Numbered from the stretch's first letter, positions 49,670-60,455 are shown. The stretch is 64,000 nucleotides of DNA from Candidatus Hodarchaeota archaeon (GCA_048887225.1 JBHLJY010000007.1:32001-96000), one strand, 5' to 3'. The notes: generated by a model not told the origin, from the letters alone. Program-made: numbers and translations.

Positions 49670-49881
49670 CTTGAATATAGGATTTTTTTTCTTAGCTCAA
49701 TAGATAGATTTTTCAATAATTTATAAATTCCTCAAACTTATAAATAATTTTATATTATTTAGACGTTTTTGAATTTAAATTTAATTCAATCAATACATAT
49801 AAAATATGTAAAAAACTGATAAAATTTAACAAATTTTCATTATTATTGAACTTTGAATAAATTATTGTTTAATTAACTTCT

Positions 49882-51600
49882 ATGAAAGTAATTAATAAAA
49901 ATACTATTGCGAAATATCTAAATAATTACATATCTGACTATTCAATAGAGGATCTCGAAAGTTTTATTGAAATTCCACCAGCAGGAATTAATTTTTCATA
50001 TGCTTTCCCAGCTTTTCCATTAGTTAAATATAAAAAAAAGGATCCTACGTTTATAGCTAAGAATTTGGAGAAGAAATTTATCTTACCGGATTTTCTAGAT
50101 AAAATTGAGGCAAATGGACCATATTTGAATTTTAGAGTTAACGCAAAATTAGTTTTAGAGAATATTTTTAAACTTCAAAATGATTATGGAAAGATTAAAG
50201 AAGTTATTAAAAAAAGCGAATTAAATCCTCAAAAAATTATTATAGAGTATCCATCACCTAATACAAATAAACCGCTTCATTTAGGCCACATACGAAACAT
50301 GCTAATAGGGAATGCCCTTTCAAATCTTCTAAAATATAAAGGTCATAATGTATTCAAAGTTAATTTAAACAATGACCGAGGCATTCATATCTGTAAAAGT
50401 ATTCTCGCGTATAAGAAATGGGGAAATAATCAGGAACCTATAGATAAAAAAACAGACCATTTTGTTGGCGATTTTTATGTCAAATATAATCTAATGGAAC
50501 AAAAAAATAAAAAGCTAATCAATGAAGCAAAAGAACTTTTAAAATTATGGGAACAAGAAGATTCCGAAACAAGAGCAATGTGGAAAAAATTAAATTCATG
50601 GGCCTTGAAGGGTTTCAAAGAAACTTACGCTAAATTCGATATTTCATTTGATAAAGAATATTACGAATCAGATTTCTATTTGAAAGGAAAATATAAGGTT
50701 ATTGAGGGCTTAAATAAGGGTATTTTTGAAAAAAGAGATGATGGAGCTATATTTGCTAAATTAAAAGATAAATTTGATCTTCCAGATAAAATTTTACTTA
50801 GAAGTGATGAAACCTCAATTTACATAACTCAAGAGATTTACTTAGCTTCCTTGAAAAAACAAGATTTTGATTATGATAAATCAATTTATATCGTTGGAAA
50901 TGAACAAGACCTTTATTTTAAACAATTTTTTGCAGTTTTAGACATGATGGGCTTTAAAGAGGAGATGTATCATTTATCTTACGGAATGATTAGTCTACCT
51001 GAAGGAAAAATGAAAAGTAGAGAAGGAACTGTTGTTGACGCTGACGATATTGTTGAGGAAATGGAAAATCTGGCTTTCGAGGAGGTTAATAAAAGATATC
51101 CAGAACTTTCAAATGAAGAAAAATCGCATCGAGCGAAAATTATTGGAATGGCAGCTTTGAAATTTTTTATATTAAAATATAATCCAAAGTCAGATTTTAT
51201 ATTCAATCCAAAAGAAAGCATTTCGTTTGAGGGAGAAACAGGACCCTATATTCAATATTGTTTTGCGAGAATTCAATCAATAATTAATAAATCAAAAGAA
51301 AACATTAGTTTAGATATAAACTTTGAATTATTGAATCATGAAAAGGAAATAAATTTAATAAAGCAATTAAATTATTTTCCAGAAATATTAGATTCTACAA
51401 TCAATACATATGGAATACATCTAATACCTCAATATCTTTTAACTTTAGGTCAAATATTTAATTCTTTTTATGGCGAATGTCAAGTTATTTCAGAAAATAA
51501 GGAATTAGAAAAAGCAAGATTATTATTAATAAAATGCGTTCAGATTATAATAAAAATTGGCTTAAATATTTTAGGTATTGATATATTAAACGAGATGTGA
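49882..51600 (+). CDS. argS: Arginyl-tRNA synthetase
   Basis: SPNTNKPLHLGHIRN, KMKSREG, GETGPYIQY. Confidence 0.96.
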   Translation: MKVINKNTIAKYLNNYISDYSIEDLESFIEIPPAGINFSYAFPAFPLVKYKKKDPTFIAKNLEKKFILPDFLDKIEANGPYLNFRVNAKLVLENIFKLQNDYGKIKEVIKKSELNPQKIIIEYPSPNTNKPLHLGHIRNMLIGNALSNLLKYKGHNVFKVNLNNDRGIHICKSILAYKKWGNNQEPIDKKTDHFVGDFYVKYNLMEQKNKKLINEAKELLKLWEQEDSETRAMWKKLNSWALKGFKETYAKFDISFDKEYYESDFYLKGKYKVIEGLNKGIFEKRDDGAIFAKLKDKFDLPDKILLRSDETSIYITQEIYLASLKKQDFDYDKSIYIVGNEQDLYFKQFFAVLDMMGFKEEMYHLSYGMISLPEGKMKSREGTVVDADDIVEEMENLAFEEVNKRYPELSNEEKSHRAKIIGMAALKFFILKYNPKSDFIFNPKESISFEGETGPYIQYCFARIQSIINKSKENISLDINFELLNHEKEINLIKQLNYFPEILDSTINTYGIHLIPQYLLTLGQIFNSFYGECQVISENKELEKARLLLIKCVQIIIKIGLNILGIDILNEM

Positions 51601-51632
51601 AAATTAAATAATTAAAGAGATTAATTTCTATC

Positions 51633-52541
51633 ATGAAATTTTTTGATTTTGGAGAAGTCATCGATTCTAATACTGAATTCGTAATATTTGGCATCCCTTG
51701 GGATTATTTATCGTCTAATAAAGCACCTAACTCAGCAATGGCACCAAATAAAATACGTGAAATTACAGAAAATTTGGCACTTACTACTGAAATGGGTTTT
51801 AAGATACCTAATTTAAAAGTGGTAGATTTTGGAAATATAAACATTATATCGACGAATGTTAATAAAAATCTAAAGGAGATCAAAAACTTCGTTAAGAAAA
51901 TTTATAAACAAAAGAAAAATGTTATTCTCGTAATGATTGGAGGAGACCATTTTTGCACTTTTCCTGTTATAAAAGCTATTGGTAATAATTTTAATAATAG
52001 AAGTGAATTTGGTGTAATTATATTTGATTCTCATATGGATTTCTACGAACAATGGGATAAAAATATTTATTCACATGCCACAATCTCTCATAGAATTTAC
52101 GATTTAGATTACATAAATAATAAAAATCTCATAATTGTGGGAACGAGAGACATTGATATTCCAGAGTTAACCATAGCAAATAAGGAGAATATTGTACATC
52201 TTGATGCTTATATGTTAATTGATGATGGTTTAGAAAAATTTATAGAACGCATCGTCGACTTTTTTAAACAATCAAATATCAATTACATTTATGTTTCGAT
52301 CGATATAGACGTATTAGATCCTTCTATTGCACCAGGCACAGGTTACGCTATCCCTGGAGGATTGTCTTATCGAGAAATGTGGCAAATTCTAAAAGAATTA
52401 GCAAAACAATTTAATATTGTAGGATTTGATTTAGTAGAACTCGCACCAAATTTAGATCTCTCCAATAATATGACCTGTAATTTAGCTGCCAAGTTAGTAA
52501 TTGAATTAATATCTTTCATCGCGAATAATAAAAAAATTTAA
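51633..52541 (+). CDS. speB: Agmatinase (ureohydrolase family)
   Basis: GGDH, DSHMD, SHAT, SIDIDVLDPSIAPGTG. Confidence 0.88.
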   Translation: MKFFDFGEVIDSNTEFVIFGIPWDYLSSNKAPNSAMAPNKIREITENLALTTEMGFKIPNLKVVDFGNINIISTNVNKNLKEIKNFVKKIYKQKKNVILVMIGGDHFCTFPVIKAIGNNFNNRSEFGVIIFDSHMDFYEQWDKNIYSHATISHRIYDLDYINNKNLIIVGTRDIDIPELTIANKENIVHLDAYMLIDDGLEKFIERIVDFFKQSNINYIYVSIDIDVLDPSIAPGTGYAIPGGLSYREMWQILKELAKQFNIVGFDLVELAPNLDLSNNMTCNLAAKLVIELISFIANNKKI

Positions 52542-52550
52542 TTGATTTAA

Positions 52551-53501
52551 ATGCCCGTTGAAGATTTTAAAGAAAAATTGAAGAATGTAAAACAGCTTAA
52601 AATATCGGAAAATACAAAAATTGATGAATTAATTAAATCTTTTAAAGATACGGGATTTAACGCCAAACGTTTAGCTTTAGCATGTAAAATTTATAAAGAA
52701 ATGGTTGATGATAAAGATTGCGTTAAATTTTTTGGATTAGCAGGCGCCCTAGTACCTGCAGGAATGCGAGGAATCATACATGATTTTATTAAGGAAGGTT
52801 TTATTAATGTATTTGTTACAACGGGCGCAACCTTAACGCACGATATTGCTGAAACTCTAGGTTATCATCATCTTCAAGGAGATGTTAATATTAGTGAGAT
52901 TGATGATTCAAATTTGCGTGAAATAGAGATAAATAGAATTTACGACGTTTTTCTGCCTAATAATGTTTATGAAGGGATTGAAAATTTTATTTCGCAATTA
53001 AAAATTCCCGATAACAATATGTCTGTTAGTGCATTTTTAAAATATTTAGGAGAGCAAATATACGATAATACAAATTCAATTTTAAAGATCTGTGCGGAGA
53101 AGAACGTGCCTATATTTTGTCCAGCTTTTACAGACTCAGGACTAGCGCTACAATTGGGATTTCATAATCAAACATTGAATCTTAACCATTTTAAAGACAT
53201 GCTCGAAATGGTTAATTTAGCTTGGGAAGCAAAGAAAGCTGGTGTATGTATTGTTGGAGGTGGAGTGCCTAAAAATTTTATTATGCAATCGCTTCAATTT
53301 TGTCCAAACGCAGCTTCTTATGCTATTCAAATAACTATGGATCGACCGGAAACTGGCGGCCTTAGTGGTGCTACATTGCAAGAAGCAATTTCATGGGGAA
53401 AAGTAAGCAAGAAAGCTAAATATTCTACAGTTATTTCAGACGCAACAATTGTGCTACCCTTAATCTTTTGGTATCTAAAAACATTAAAAAAAGCTCATTA
53501 G
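52551..53501 (+). CDS. dys: Deoxyhypusine synthase
   Basis: TGFNA, AGALVPAG, GGGVPKN, GGLSGATLQEAISWGK (catalytic Lys), DATI. Confidence 0.93.
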   Translation: MPVEDFKEKLKNVKQLKISENTKIDELIKSFKDTGFNAKRLALACKIYKEMVDDKDCVKFFGLAGALVPAGMRGIIHDFIKEGFINVFVTTGATLTHDIAETLGYHHLQGDVNISEIDDSNLREIEINRIYDVFLPNNVYEGIENFISQLKIPDNNMSVSAFLKYLGEQIYDNTNSILKICAEKNVPIFCPAFTDSGLALQLGFHNQTLNLNHFKDMLEMVNLAWEAKKAGVCIVGGGVPKNFIMQSLQFCPNAASYAIQITMDRPETGGLSGATLQEAISWGKVSKKAKYSTVISDATIVLPLIFWYLKTLKKAH

Positions 53502-53535
53502 ATATATATATTACTCAAAATAAGAAAAGGTTTAA

Positions 53536-54000
53536 TTAATAAAAAGTACCTTTTAATTTTTGTTCGATTGTTTTTGTATCTGAACCAAATATTTCATCAA
53601 GATTTCTCCTAAAATTTTTAAATTGAGATATTTCAGACAAATTTTTTCCATCGTATTTTGCTTTAAATTGACCTATCACTTTCTTTAATGAAGGTTGAAC
53701 AATTTTGTGAATAGCTTTATCTATTTTTTTCTCTTTATCTAATATAGCGTAAGAAATTATACTTTCTGGATCTGGACTGTCAGAAGGTTTGATTTGGTCA
53801 TCAATAAAAGCGATAATATACTTTTTCATTTCAAAATATTCCACTAGATCTGTTGAAAATGAGATTTCAGCGAAATCTTTGAGTGCCATTAATAAACTAG
53901 CACGAAGATCAGCATCGATTTGTTCTACTGAAGTTTTATGATAGCTCGCATTTGCTAAAGTAAATCCTCTGAATAATATTCCAGCTTCGCGAATGACCAT
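53536..54000 (-). CDS. Longin/roadblock-like small protein
   Basis: IREAGILFRG...DADLRASLLMAL..FAE...F pattern. Confidence 0.55.
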   Translation of the reverse strand: MVIREAGILFRGFTLANASYHKTSVEQIDADLRASLLMALKDFAEISFSTDLVEYFEMKKYIIAFIDDQIKPSDSPDPESIISYAILDKEKKIDKAIHKIVQPSLKKVIGQFKAKYDGKNLSEISQFKNFRRNLDEIFGSDTKTIEQKLKGTFY

Positions 54001-54153
54001 TTTAAAATTATAATTTCTATATTTTTGGAAAGAAATTATATTATATATTATTATATATAGCTTGATAATAAATTTAATTGGTTCTAAAAGAATTTCTTTT
54101 TATATGAATTATAAAATAGATAATTAGAAAAAATTCAATTTTTATATCATCAG

Positions 54154-54783
54154 ATGAAAAATAAGAACCAAATAAATCCTTATGATATTTGTACGTGGCG
54201 TCCTATATCTGAGTGTAATAATTGCACGCTAAAAGGTTATCTAAAATGTCATTTTAAAAAAAAAAATTTGTTAAATTTTATAGGATTATTTCTATTATTC
54301 GCCATACCCGCTTTTGCTGGAGTAATTATTGCAGATTATGGATGGTATCTTTTAGGATGGATTGCGTTTTGGATATTTTTTTTTGAGTTCTGGGAAATTC
54401 GAATCCTGTGCAGTCATTGCCCGTTTTATGCAGAAAAAGGAAGATTTATTCATTGTTTTGGTAATTACAAAAGTTTAAAAGTATGGAAATATCACCCTGA
54501 ACCCATCAGCCGTAGCGAGAAGATACAGCTTTTAATAGGATTTCTAATCTTTTTTGGATACCCGTACATCTTTATGATACTTGGGAAGCAATATGTCTTT
54601 ATAATACTTACTTCGATTGGGTTAATTATCTTTCTTGGAGTTTTAATTAAACGAAGATGTGCTAAATGTATTAATTTTTCTTGTATTTTTAATCGAGTTC
54701 CCAAAGAAGTCGTTGATGAATTTCTCAATAAAAATCCGATAATGAAAGAAGCTTGGGAAAAAGCAGGTTATCGATTGAGTTGA
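54154..54783 (+). CDS. Four-TM membrane protein with Cys clusters
   Basis: CxxC..C, CSHCPFY and CAKCINFSC motifs around TM pairs. Confidence 0.7.
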   Translation: MKNKNQINPYDICTWRPISECNNCTLKGYLKCHFKKKNLLNFIGLFLLFAIPAFAGVIIADYGWYLLGWIAFWIFFFEFWEIRILCSHCPFYAEKGRFIHCFGNYKSLKVWKYHPEPISRSEKIQLLIGFLIFFGYPYIFMILGKQYVFIILTSIGLIIFLGVLIKRRCAKCINFSCIFNRVPKEVVDEFLNKNPIMKEAWEKAGYRLS

Positions 54784-54924
54784 TTGTCTAAATATTTCCC
54801 ATATAATTTCATCAATTAAGAGGCTGTAAATTAGAATAAATTATCTCAGAAAATTAAATGTTTATATAAGATTAGGGGCAATTTTAATATATTAAGTCTT
54901 TAAATTACAAATGAGGTATATACA

Positions 54925-55188
54925 ATGGCGAGAGATTTTACAGTTGCAGATGTATTAGGAATAATAGCTATAATAGTAGCTATAATAGGATTAATCTTTG
55001 AACCTTTAATACTAGGCGTTGTTGCTATAATCTTAGCGTTAATAGGATTGTATCTAGTTAGAGGTTCTGATAGAAAAAACATTTTTTGCATAATAGGATT
55101 AATTCTCGGTATAATTTCTGTGATTTATGGCATAATTATACTTATTATGCGTTTAACGCATGTACCTCCAGGTCAAGCAAAAAAATAA
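54925..55188 (+). CDS. Small membrane protein (DUF4190-like)
   Basis: LGVVAIILALIG...IIGLILGIIS; GAGGT SD; T-tract after the stop. Confidence 0.7.
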   Translation: MARDFTVADVLGIIAIIVAIIGLIFEPLILGVVAIILALIGLYLVRGSDRKNIFCIIGLILGIISVIYGIIILIMRLTHVPPGQAKK

Positions 55189-55328
55189 ATTCTTTTTTTT
55201 TTTCTTATTTTAAATCAAAATTATCATTAAAATATCTTAATTTTCCAATGGAAACCAACCAAGAAATCGAAGAGTTTTTAAATGAACTCGATCGAGAGAA
55301 AGTAAAGAAACAGAAATAAGATGTTGAA

Positions 55329-56513
55329 ATGATCGATAAAAAAAAAATTAAATCTTGTGCAGAGAATATAACAAAATGTGTCAATATTAAGGAAGGTGAA
55401 TGTGTCTATATTAAGGGTGGTGTTTATTGCCAAGAACTTCTAGAAGAGGTTGCTTTAGAAGTTTTAAGAAAGGGAGGTCTTCCTCATATAAGTTCAACCA
55501 CAGATTATTTTTCAGAAATGATTTATAGTGAAGAGCAGATAAAAATAGAGACATTGGAAAAGACTCCAATTCACATTCTAAAACTTATTGAACATCTCGA
55601 TGTTTATATCGTTATTGAACCTTTCGAGGATCCTTCATTACGAAATAAATTTCCCAGAGACAAATTATTTGCATCATCAAAAGCATCAGCACCAATAAAG
55701 GATATTTTATATGGAAGTAAAAAGGAGTACGCTCCCGGAAAAAAATGGTGTTACGCAGGTTTTCCGTCTAAAAAAGCAGCAGAATTTTATAATATCAATT
55801 ATGACTTATATGAAAAATTTATTGTTGATGGAATGAGTGTTCCTATTGAAGATTTAATGAAGATTACCAGAAATTTAGGAAAAAACTTTGAAAATGCAAA
55901 AAATGTTCATATTAAAGATGAATTAGGAACTGATTGCTGGGTTTCAATTGAAAATCGCAGGATTAATTATGATGCGGGTATGTTAACGGATGAAATGATT
56001 GCTGTAGGAGATTTAGGTGGAAATCTGCCCGCGGGAGAAATCTTTATTGCTCCAAATGAAAATTTGGGCGAAGGTAAGCTTTTTTGTCCATTAACGATTG
56101 ATAGATATAGTAATAAGATCTTGAAAAATGTAGAATTATATTTTAAAGATGGAGTACTACAAGTTGATAAGGTTTTAGCTGATAATGATTTGAAAGATTT
56201 AATATCAAGCTTTAAAGAGTGTGAGGAAATTGATAAAACCAAAGATCTTGCTGAAATAAGAACATATAATGTAGCAGAGCTCGGAATTGGGTGTAATCCG
56301 AAGATAACTCAAGCAATTGGTTATATCCTAACCGATGAAAAAATTACAGGTAGCGTTCATATAGCCTTTGGATCAAATAAAATGTATGGTGGTACATCCA
56401 TATCTCAAATGCATTGGGATTTTGTAACAGCACCTAAAGCGAATATTACAATTGAATATAAAAATGGGGCAAAAAGAATTATAATGGAAGAGGGTAACTT
56501 AATCGAAGAGTAA
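55329..56513 (+). CDS. Aminopeptidase, M29 family
   Basis: NLPAGEIFIAP, AELGIG, DEK..GSVHIAFG, S.MHWD. Confidence 0.92.
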   Translation: MIDKKKIKSCAENITKCVNIKEGECVYIKGGVYCQELLEEVALEVLRKGGLPHISSTTDYFSEMIYSEEQIKIETLEKTPIHILKLIEHLDVYIVIEPFEDPSLRNKFPRDKLFASSKASAPIKDILYGSKKEYAPGKKWCYAGFPSKKAAEFYNINYDLYEKFIVDGMSVPIEDLMKITRNLGKNFENAKNVHIKDELGTDCWVSIENRRINYDAGMLTDEMIAVGDLGGNLPAGEIFIAPNENLGEGKLFCPLTIDRYSNKILKNVELYFKDGVLQVDKVLADNDLKDLISSFKECEEIDKTKDLAEIRTYNVAELGIGCNPKITQAIGYILTDEKITGSVHIAFGSNKMYGGTSISQMHWDFVTAPKANITIEYKNGAKRIIMEEGNLIEE

Positions 56514-56557
56514 ATTCATATTTCTTTATATTATTAATTAAAAAACTACTTTCCGTT

Positions 56558-57052
56558 TTATAAAGAGTAATTTTCCAAAAATTGTACAATTTCTTCTAGC
56601 ACTAATTTTTTAAATGTTATTCTGTCTGCTTTAAAGTTATGTTTTTTAACCATTGTTTCTTTCATTGTTGAATAACTAATATACACTAAACCAACAGGTT
56701 TTTCTGGACTCCCTCCTTTTGGGCCAGCAATGCCCGTAATTCCAATACCTATATCACATGGTTTCGACATTATTCTAACGTTATAAGCCATTTGTATTGC
56801 TACTTCTTCTGATACAGCACCATATTCTTCAATATATTTAGGATTTATTTTTAGGATATCAATTTTAGCTTGATTTCCATAAGAAACGATTCCTCTTTCA
56901 AAAGTTTTTGATGCTCCCGATATGCTTGTAAACATATGTGATACATACCCTCCAGTACAAGATTCAGCAATAGCAATCCAAATATTATTCTCAGAAAATT
57001 TATGGATAATTTTTTTAATTCTTTCATTAAGATCTTGGGACATTATTCTCAA
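56558..57052 (-). CDS. cinA: CinA/PncC-family NMN deamidase
   Basis: AESCTGG, GAVSEEVA..MA, ITGIAGPKGG..EKPVGLV. Confidence 0.9.
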   Translation of the reverse strand: MRIMSQDLNERIKKIIHKFSENNIWIAIAESCTGGYVSHMFTSISGASKTFERGIVSYGNQAKIDILKINPKYIEEYGAVSEEVAIQMAYNVRIMSKPCDIGIGITGIAGPKGGSPEKPVGLVYISYSTMKETMVKKHNFKADRITFKKLVLEEIVQFLENYSL

Positions 57053-57190
57053 ATTAAATGTATAAACTTTTTTAATATCAATTTTTTATAAAACTACAAC
57101 TAATAAAAATTAATAAACACTAGAAATAACATAATTCTGAATTTAAAAATTAATAATTATAATCGGAAAAAAATTTAACAGAGTGATTGA

Positions 57191-57724
57191 ATGAGTCAAA
57201 ATGAGAACGCATTTGTATTCAAAATAACTGTAATTGGAGATGGAGCTGTAGGAAAAACTTCTTTAATTAAGAAATACACCCAAGGTTCATTTCAAAAAGA
57301 TTATATTAAAACTTTAGGAGCACAGTTTTCTAAATATGACGAGGAAATAGATGGCGATAATGTCAAATTATTTTTTTGGGATATTGCCGGTCAGGCGGAA
57401 TTTATGTTTATGCGCCCTACTTTTTATAAAGGGTCAAAAGCAGCTATCATTGTATTTTCTCACGCCCCTGGAGAAGAAGAAAGTTATGAACACGTTGTTC
57501 AGTGGCATGATGATATCAAAAATTTCTGTGGAGATTTACCTATAGTATTATTTGGAAATAAACTTGATTTAGTTAACGAGAAGAATTTAGATGATAAAAA
57601 AGTACAAGATTTAATAAAAGACCGAAATTTCCTTGGATATTATAAAACTAGTGCAAAAACTGGTAGTGGAGTGTATAAAGCTTTTCAAGCAATAATAAGG
57701 GAATTATATAATAAATATAAATAA
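57191..57724 (+). CDS. Rab-like small GTPase
   Basis: GDGAVGKT, TLG, WDIAGQ, NKLD, TSAK. Confidence 0.93.
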   Translation: MSQNENAFVFKITVIGDGAVGKTSLIKKYTQGSFQKDYIKTLGAQFSKYDEEIDGDNVKLFFWDIAGQAEFMFMRPTFYKGSKAAIIVFSHAPGEEESYEHVVQWHDDIKNFCGDLPIVLFGNKLDLVNEKNLDDKKVQDLIKDRNFLGYYKTSAKTGSGVYKAFQAIIRELYNKYK

Positions 57725-57754
57725 AGGCGCCTAATACCTATTTTGACGATATAG

Positions 57755-58048
57755 ATGTATACTGACCAAGAATATCCTAAGATCCTATTTTTTTCATCTA
57801 ATCATTGCGCACCTTGTAAACCTGTTGAAGAAATAATAAAAAGAATTAATATTTCAATGTTCGGAAAAAAATTATATATAGAAAAAATTGATATTGAAGA
57901 GAGTGCAAACAGAAATGTCATACAAAAACACCGAATAACGACAATACCCACAATAATTATTGCAGACAGAAGACTCACCAAAAACATTCAAGAGGAAGAA
58001 ATTATTGATGCTATTCTCTACGGCTTCATTTCGTCAGTTAAAATATGA
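57755..58048 (+). CDS. Thioredoxin-like protein
   Basis: HCAPCK active site; cis-Pro motif TIPT. Confidence 0.85.
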   Translation: MYTDQEYPKILFFSSNHCAPCKPVEEIIKRINISMFGKKLYIEKIDIEESANRNVIQKHRITTIPTIIIADRRLTKNIQEEEIIDAILYGFISSVKI

Positions 58049-58100
58049 ATAAAATCAAAAAAAGTAAAATGAATATTAAATATAAAATAATTTACAAAAA

Positions 58101-58589
58101 GTGAAAAATATGGACCGCCAATTATTATCAAAAATATTGTCACAAATGAAAAAACATCTCAAAGAAAAGAAGGAAATAGGGGATATGAAAGTTGGAGCTT
58201 TACTAGCTTTGGGACACCAATTAGAAGCTATATTTTATTATTTAGGCCACGAATTAGGAACTATTCTAAGTGTTAAACGAGTTAAAGATGTAAAACATAT
58301 TCCCGAAGCGTTAAAAAAAATAATTTCGGAATATAATATTGGAGATATTACAATTACGGAAAGTAAAGAAGAAATAGTTTCATTAAAATTGAAAGGGCAC
58401 TCTTCTAGTAAAGATTTAATTGGAAAAGGTATAAAAGCAGAAGGAAATTTTTGTTCTTTTGAAGCAGGGATGCTAGCTGGGATTGTCGAACGAATGAGTA
58501 ATATCCACTGCTTTGCTCAAGAGTTAAATTGTAGTTTACAATCCGGAGAAGGTGCATGCGAATTCATGATAGTATTTCAGAAAGATTAA
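58101..58589 (+). CDS. V4R-domain protein (H-NOX/Bet3-related fold)
   Basis: YYLGHELG, CSFEAGMLAG, ELNCSLQSGEGACEF. Confidence 0.85.
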   Translation: MKNMDRQLLSKILSQMKKHLKEKKEIGDMKVGALLALGHQLEAIFYYLGHELGTILSVKRVKDVKHIPEALKKIISEYNIGDITITESKEEIVSLKLKGHSSSKDLIGKGIKAEGNFCSFEAGMLAGIVERMSNIHCFAQELNCSLQSGEGACEFMIVFQKD

Positions 58590-58681
58590 TTATTTTTAAT
58601 CTCTCAAATATCATAAAATTATTAATAATCGCGCGAATATTATAACGATATATAGAAAGTAAATTATCTTATTGATCGAAA

Positions 58682-59212
58682 ATGACTGAAAGAAATTATG
58701 TTGTTAAAATTTGTTTGTTAGGGGAAGCAAATGTGGGAAAAACTTCATTGGTGTATAGATTTATTGAAAATAAATTCAGAGACAACTATAAAAGTACTCT
58801 GGGAGTTAATCTTTTAAAGAAAGATCTCGATATTGATAATTACACGGGAGTTTCGGCTCAAATATGGGATCTTGGAGGGCAAGAATCTTTTAAAAGTCTA
58901 AGGAAATTATATTTAGAGGGAGCCAATGGTGCTCTTATAGTTTACGATACAACAAAAAGAAAGACCTTTGATAGCCTCAGCGATTGGGTTCAAAGCTTTC
59001 GAGAATCAAGGGGAGATCAACCGTTATTATTAATAGGAAATAAAATTGATTTAAAAAATAAGATAAAAATCGACGAAAAAGAAGCTAAAGAATATGCGGA
59101 AAAAAATCAAATGGCGTTCCTTCTAACATCGGCAAAAACTGGTAATAACGTTGAAACAGCATTTAAAGAATTAATAAAGACTATCCTCGATAAAGCTATG
59201 TCGAATAAATAA
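58682..59212 (+). CDS. Rab-like small GTPase
   Basis: GEANVGKT, STLG, WDLGGQ, NKID, TSAK. Confidence 0.93.
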   Translation: MTERNYVVKICLLGEANVGKTSLVYRFIENKFRDNYKSTLGVNLLKKDLDIDNYTGVSAQIWDLGGQESFKSLRKLYLEGANGALIVYDTTKRKTFDSLSDWVQSFRESRGDQPLLLIGNKIDLKNKIKIDEKEAKEYAEKNQMAFLLTSAKTGNNVETAFKELIKTILDKAMSNK

Positions 59213-59423
59213 CTAGTAAATCATTTTATTTCATATTTCCATTTTTAACAAATAAAAAAAATATGTTTAAAAATACTCTTCAAATTTGATGTTTTAAGGT
59301 TTATTTATTTTTAAAACAATTCCTTTATAAAGGATACTTTACTTTATAAAAAATATAAAAAAAAAACCCATACTTTTTTCTTAATAAAACTCAATTTATC
59401 AAATATCTGCTTTAGATGTAATA

Positions 59424-60074
59424 ATGTCAGAGGAAGAAGAAGAGGAAGAGGGCGAAGAAGAGGAAGAGAAGTATGATTATGAAACTGACTTAGATTATAA
59501 AATAGAGAATGTTGTAGCAACTGTAAGCGTTGAGATTACTGAAAAGATCGACCTTAACCAAATTGCCCGAAAACATGCAGAAGTAGAATATAATCCAGAG
59601 AGATTTCCAGGATTAGTGATGAGAATCGAAAAGCCACGTGCAACTATTCTTATTTTCTCTACTGGAAAAATGGTAGTTACCGGATTAAGAAGAGCAGCTG
59701 AGGCTCAAAGAGTTGTAGAAAAAGTAGTAAAAAATATTAGAAAAGCTGGAATTAAATTAGCTAATCCTGAAATTACAATTCAAAATATTGTCGCTTCTGG
59801 AGATCTTCATACAAACATTGACTTAAATATGGCAGCGATTGTTATGGAATATGCAATGTACGAGCCTGAAGTATTCCCTGGTTTAATTTATCGGATGCAA
59901 GATCCTAAAACAGTATTTTTAATTTTTAGTACTGGGCGCATTGTGTGCACAGGTGCTAAACAAAAAGAAATTGTTAGGGACGCCGTTTTAAAATTAAACC
60001 AACAAGTCCGTGAACTGGGCGTTGCTAAAAAAGATATTGCCGAATCTGAATATCAAGATATAACTTTTATCTAA
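59424..60074 (+). CDS. tbp: TATA-box binding protein
   Basis: Two repeats NVVAT...YNPERFPGL...LIFSTGK and NIVAS...YEPEVFPGL...LIFSTGR. Confidence 0.97.
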   Translation: MSEEEEEEEGEEEEEKYDYETDLDYKIENVVATVSVEITEKIDLNQIARKHAEVEYNPERFPGLVMRIEKPRATILIFSTGKMVVTGLRRAAEAQRVVEKVVKNIRKAGIKLANPEITIQNIVASGDLHTNIDLNMAAIVMEYAMYEPEVFPGLIYRMQDPKTVFLIFSTGRIVCTGAKQKEIVRDAVLKLNQQVRELGVAKKDIAESEYQDITFI

Positions 60075-60108
60075 TTTTTTATTTTTTCCCCTTATTTTTA
60101 CAATATTT

Positions 60109-60390
60109 CTATAAAGAACCGCAAAATTTACGTTTAATAACATTTTGAAATTCTTTAAGAACCCTCTTATTGACTATTCCATCACCATTGTTATTATAAA
60201 GAAGCACTATTTCTCCTGAACTTAAATCTTTAAATCCCGCAACTTCAAAATGATTATGACTATTAGCGCAAGAAATATATACCGAATCTTTTTGATTGTC
60301 GAAATTTAACTCTGAATCACATGTAGGACAATGATTTAGTTCAATTGATTGAATACTCCGCAATAATTTGTTCATTTCATCGCAGTACAT
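60109..60390 (-). CDS. Small zinc-ribbon-like hypothetical protein
   Basis: CPTC...C...H pattern. Confidence 0.55.
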   Translation of the reverse strand: MYCDEMNKLLRSIQSIELNHCPTCDSELNFDNQKDSVYISCANSHNHFEVAGFKDLSSGEIVLLYNNNGDGIVNKRVLKEFQNVIKRKFCGSL

Positions 60391-60455
60391 AACAGGAAAA
60401 ATTACTAAATCGTTAAAGAAAGAAAGTATTATTTGAATAATACTAAATTCAAATT

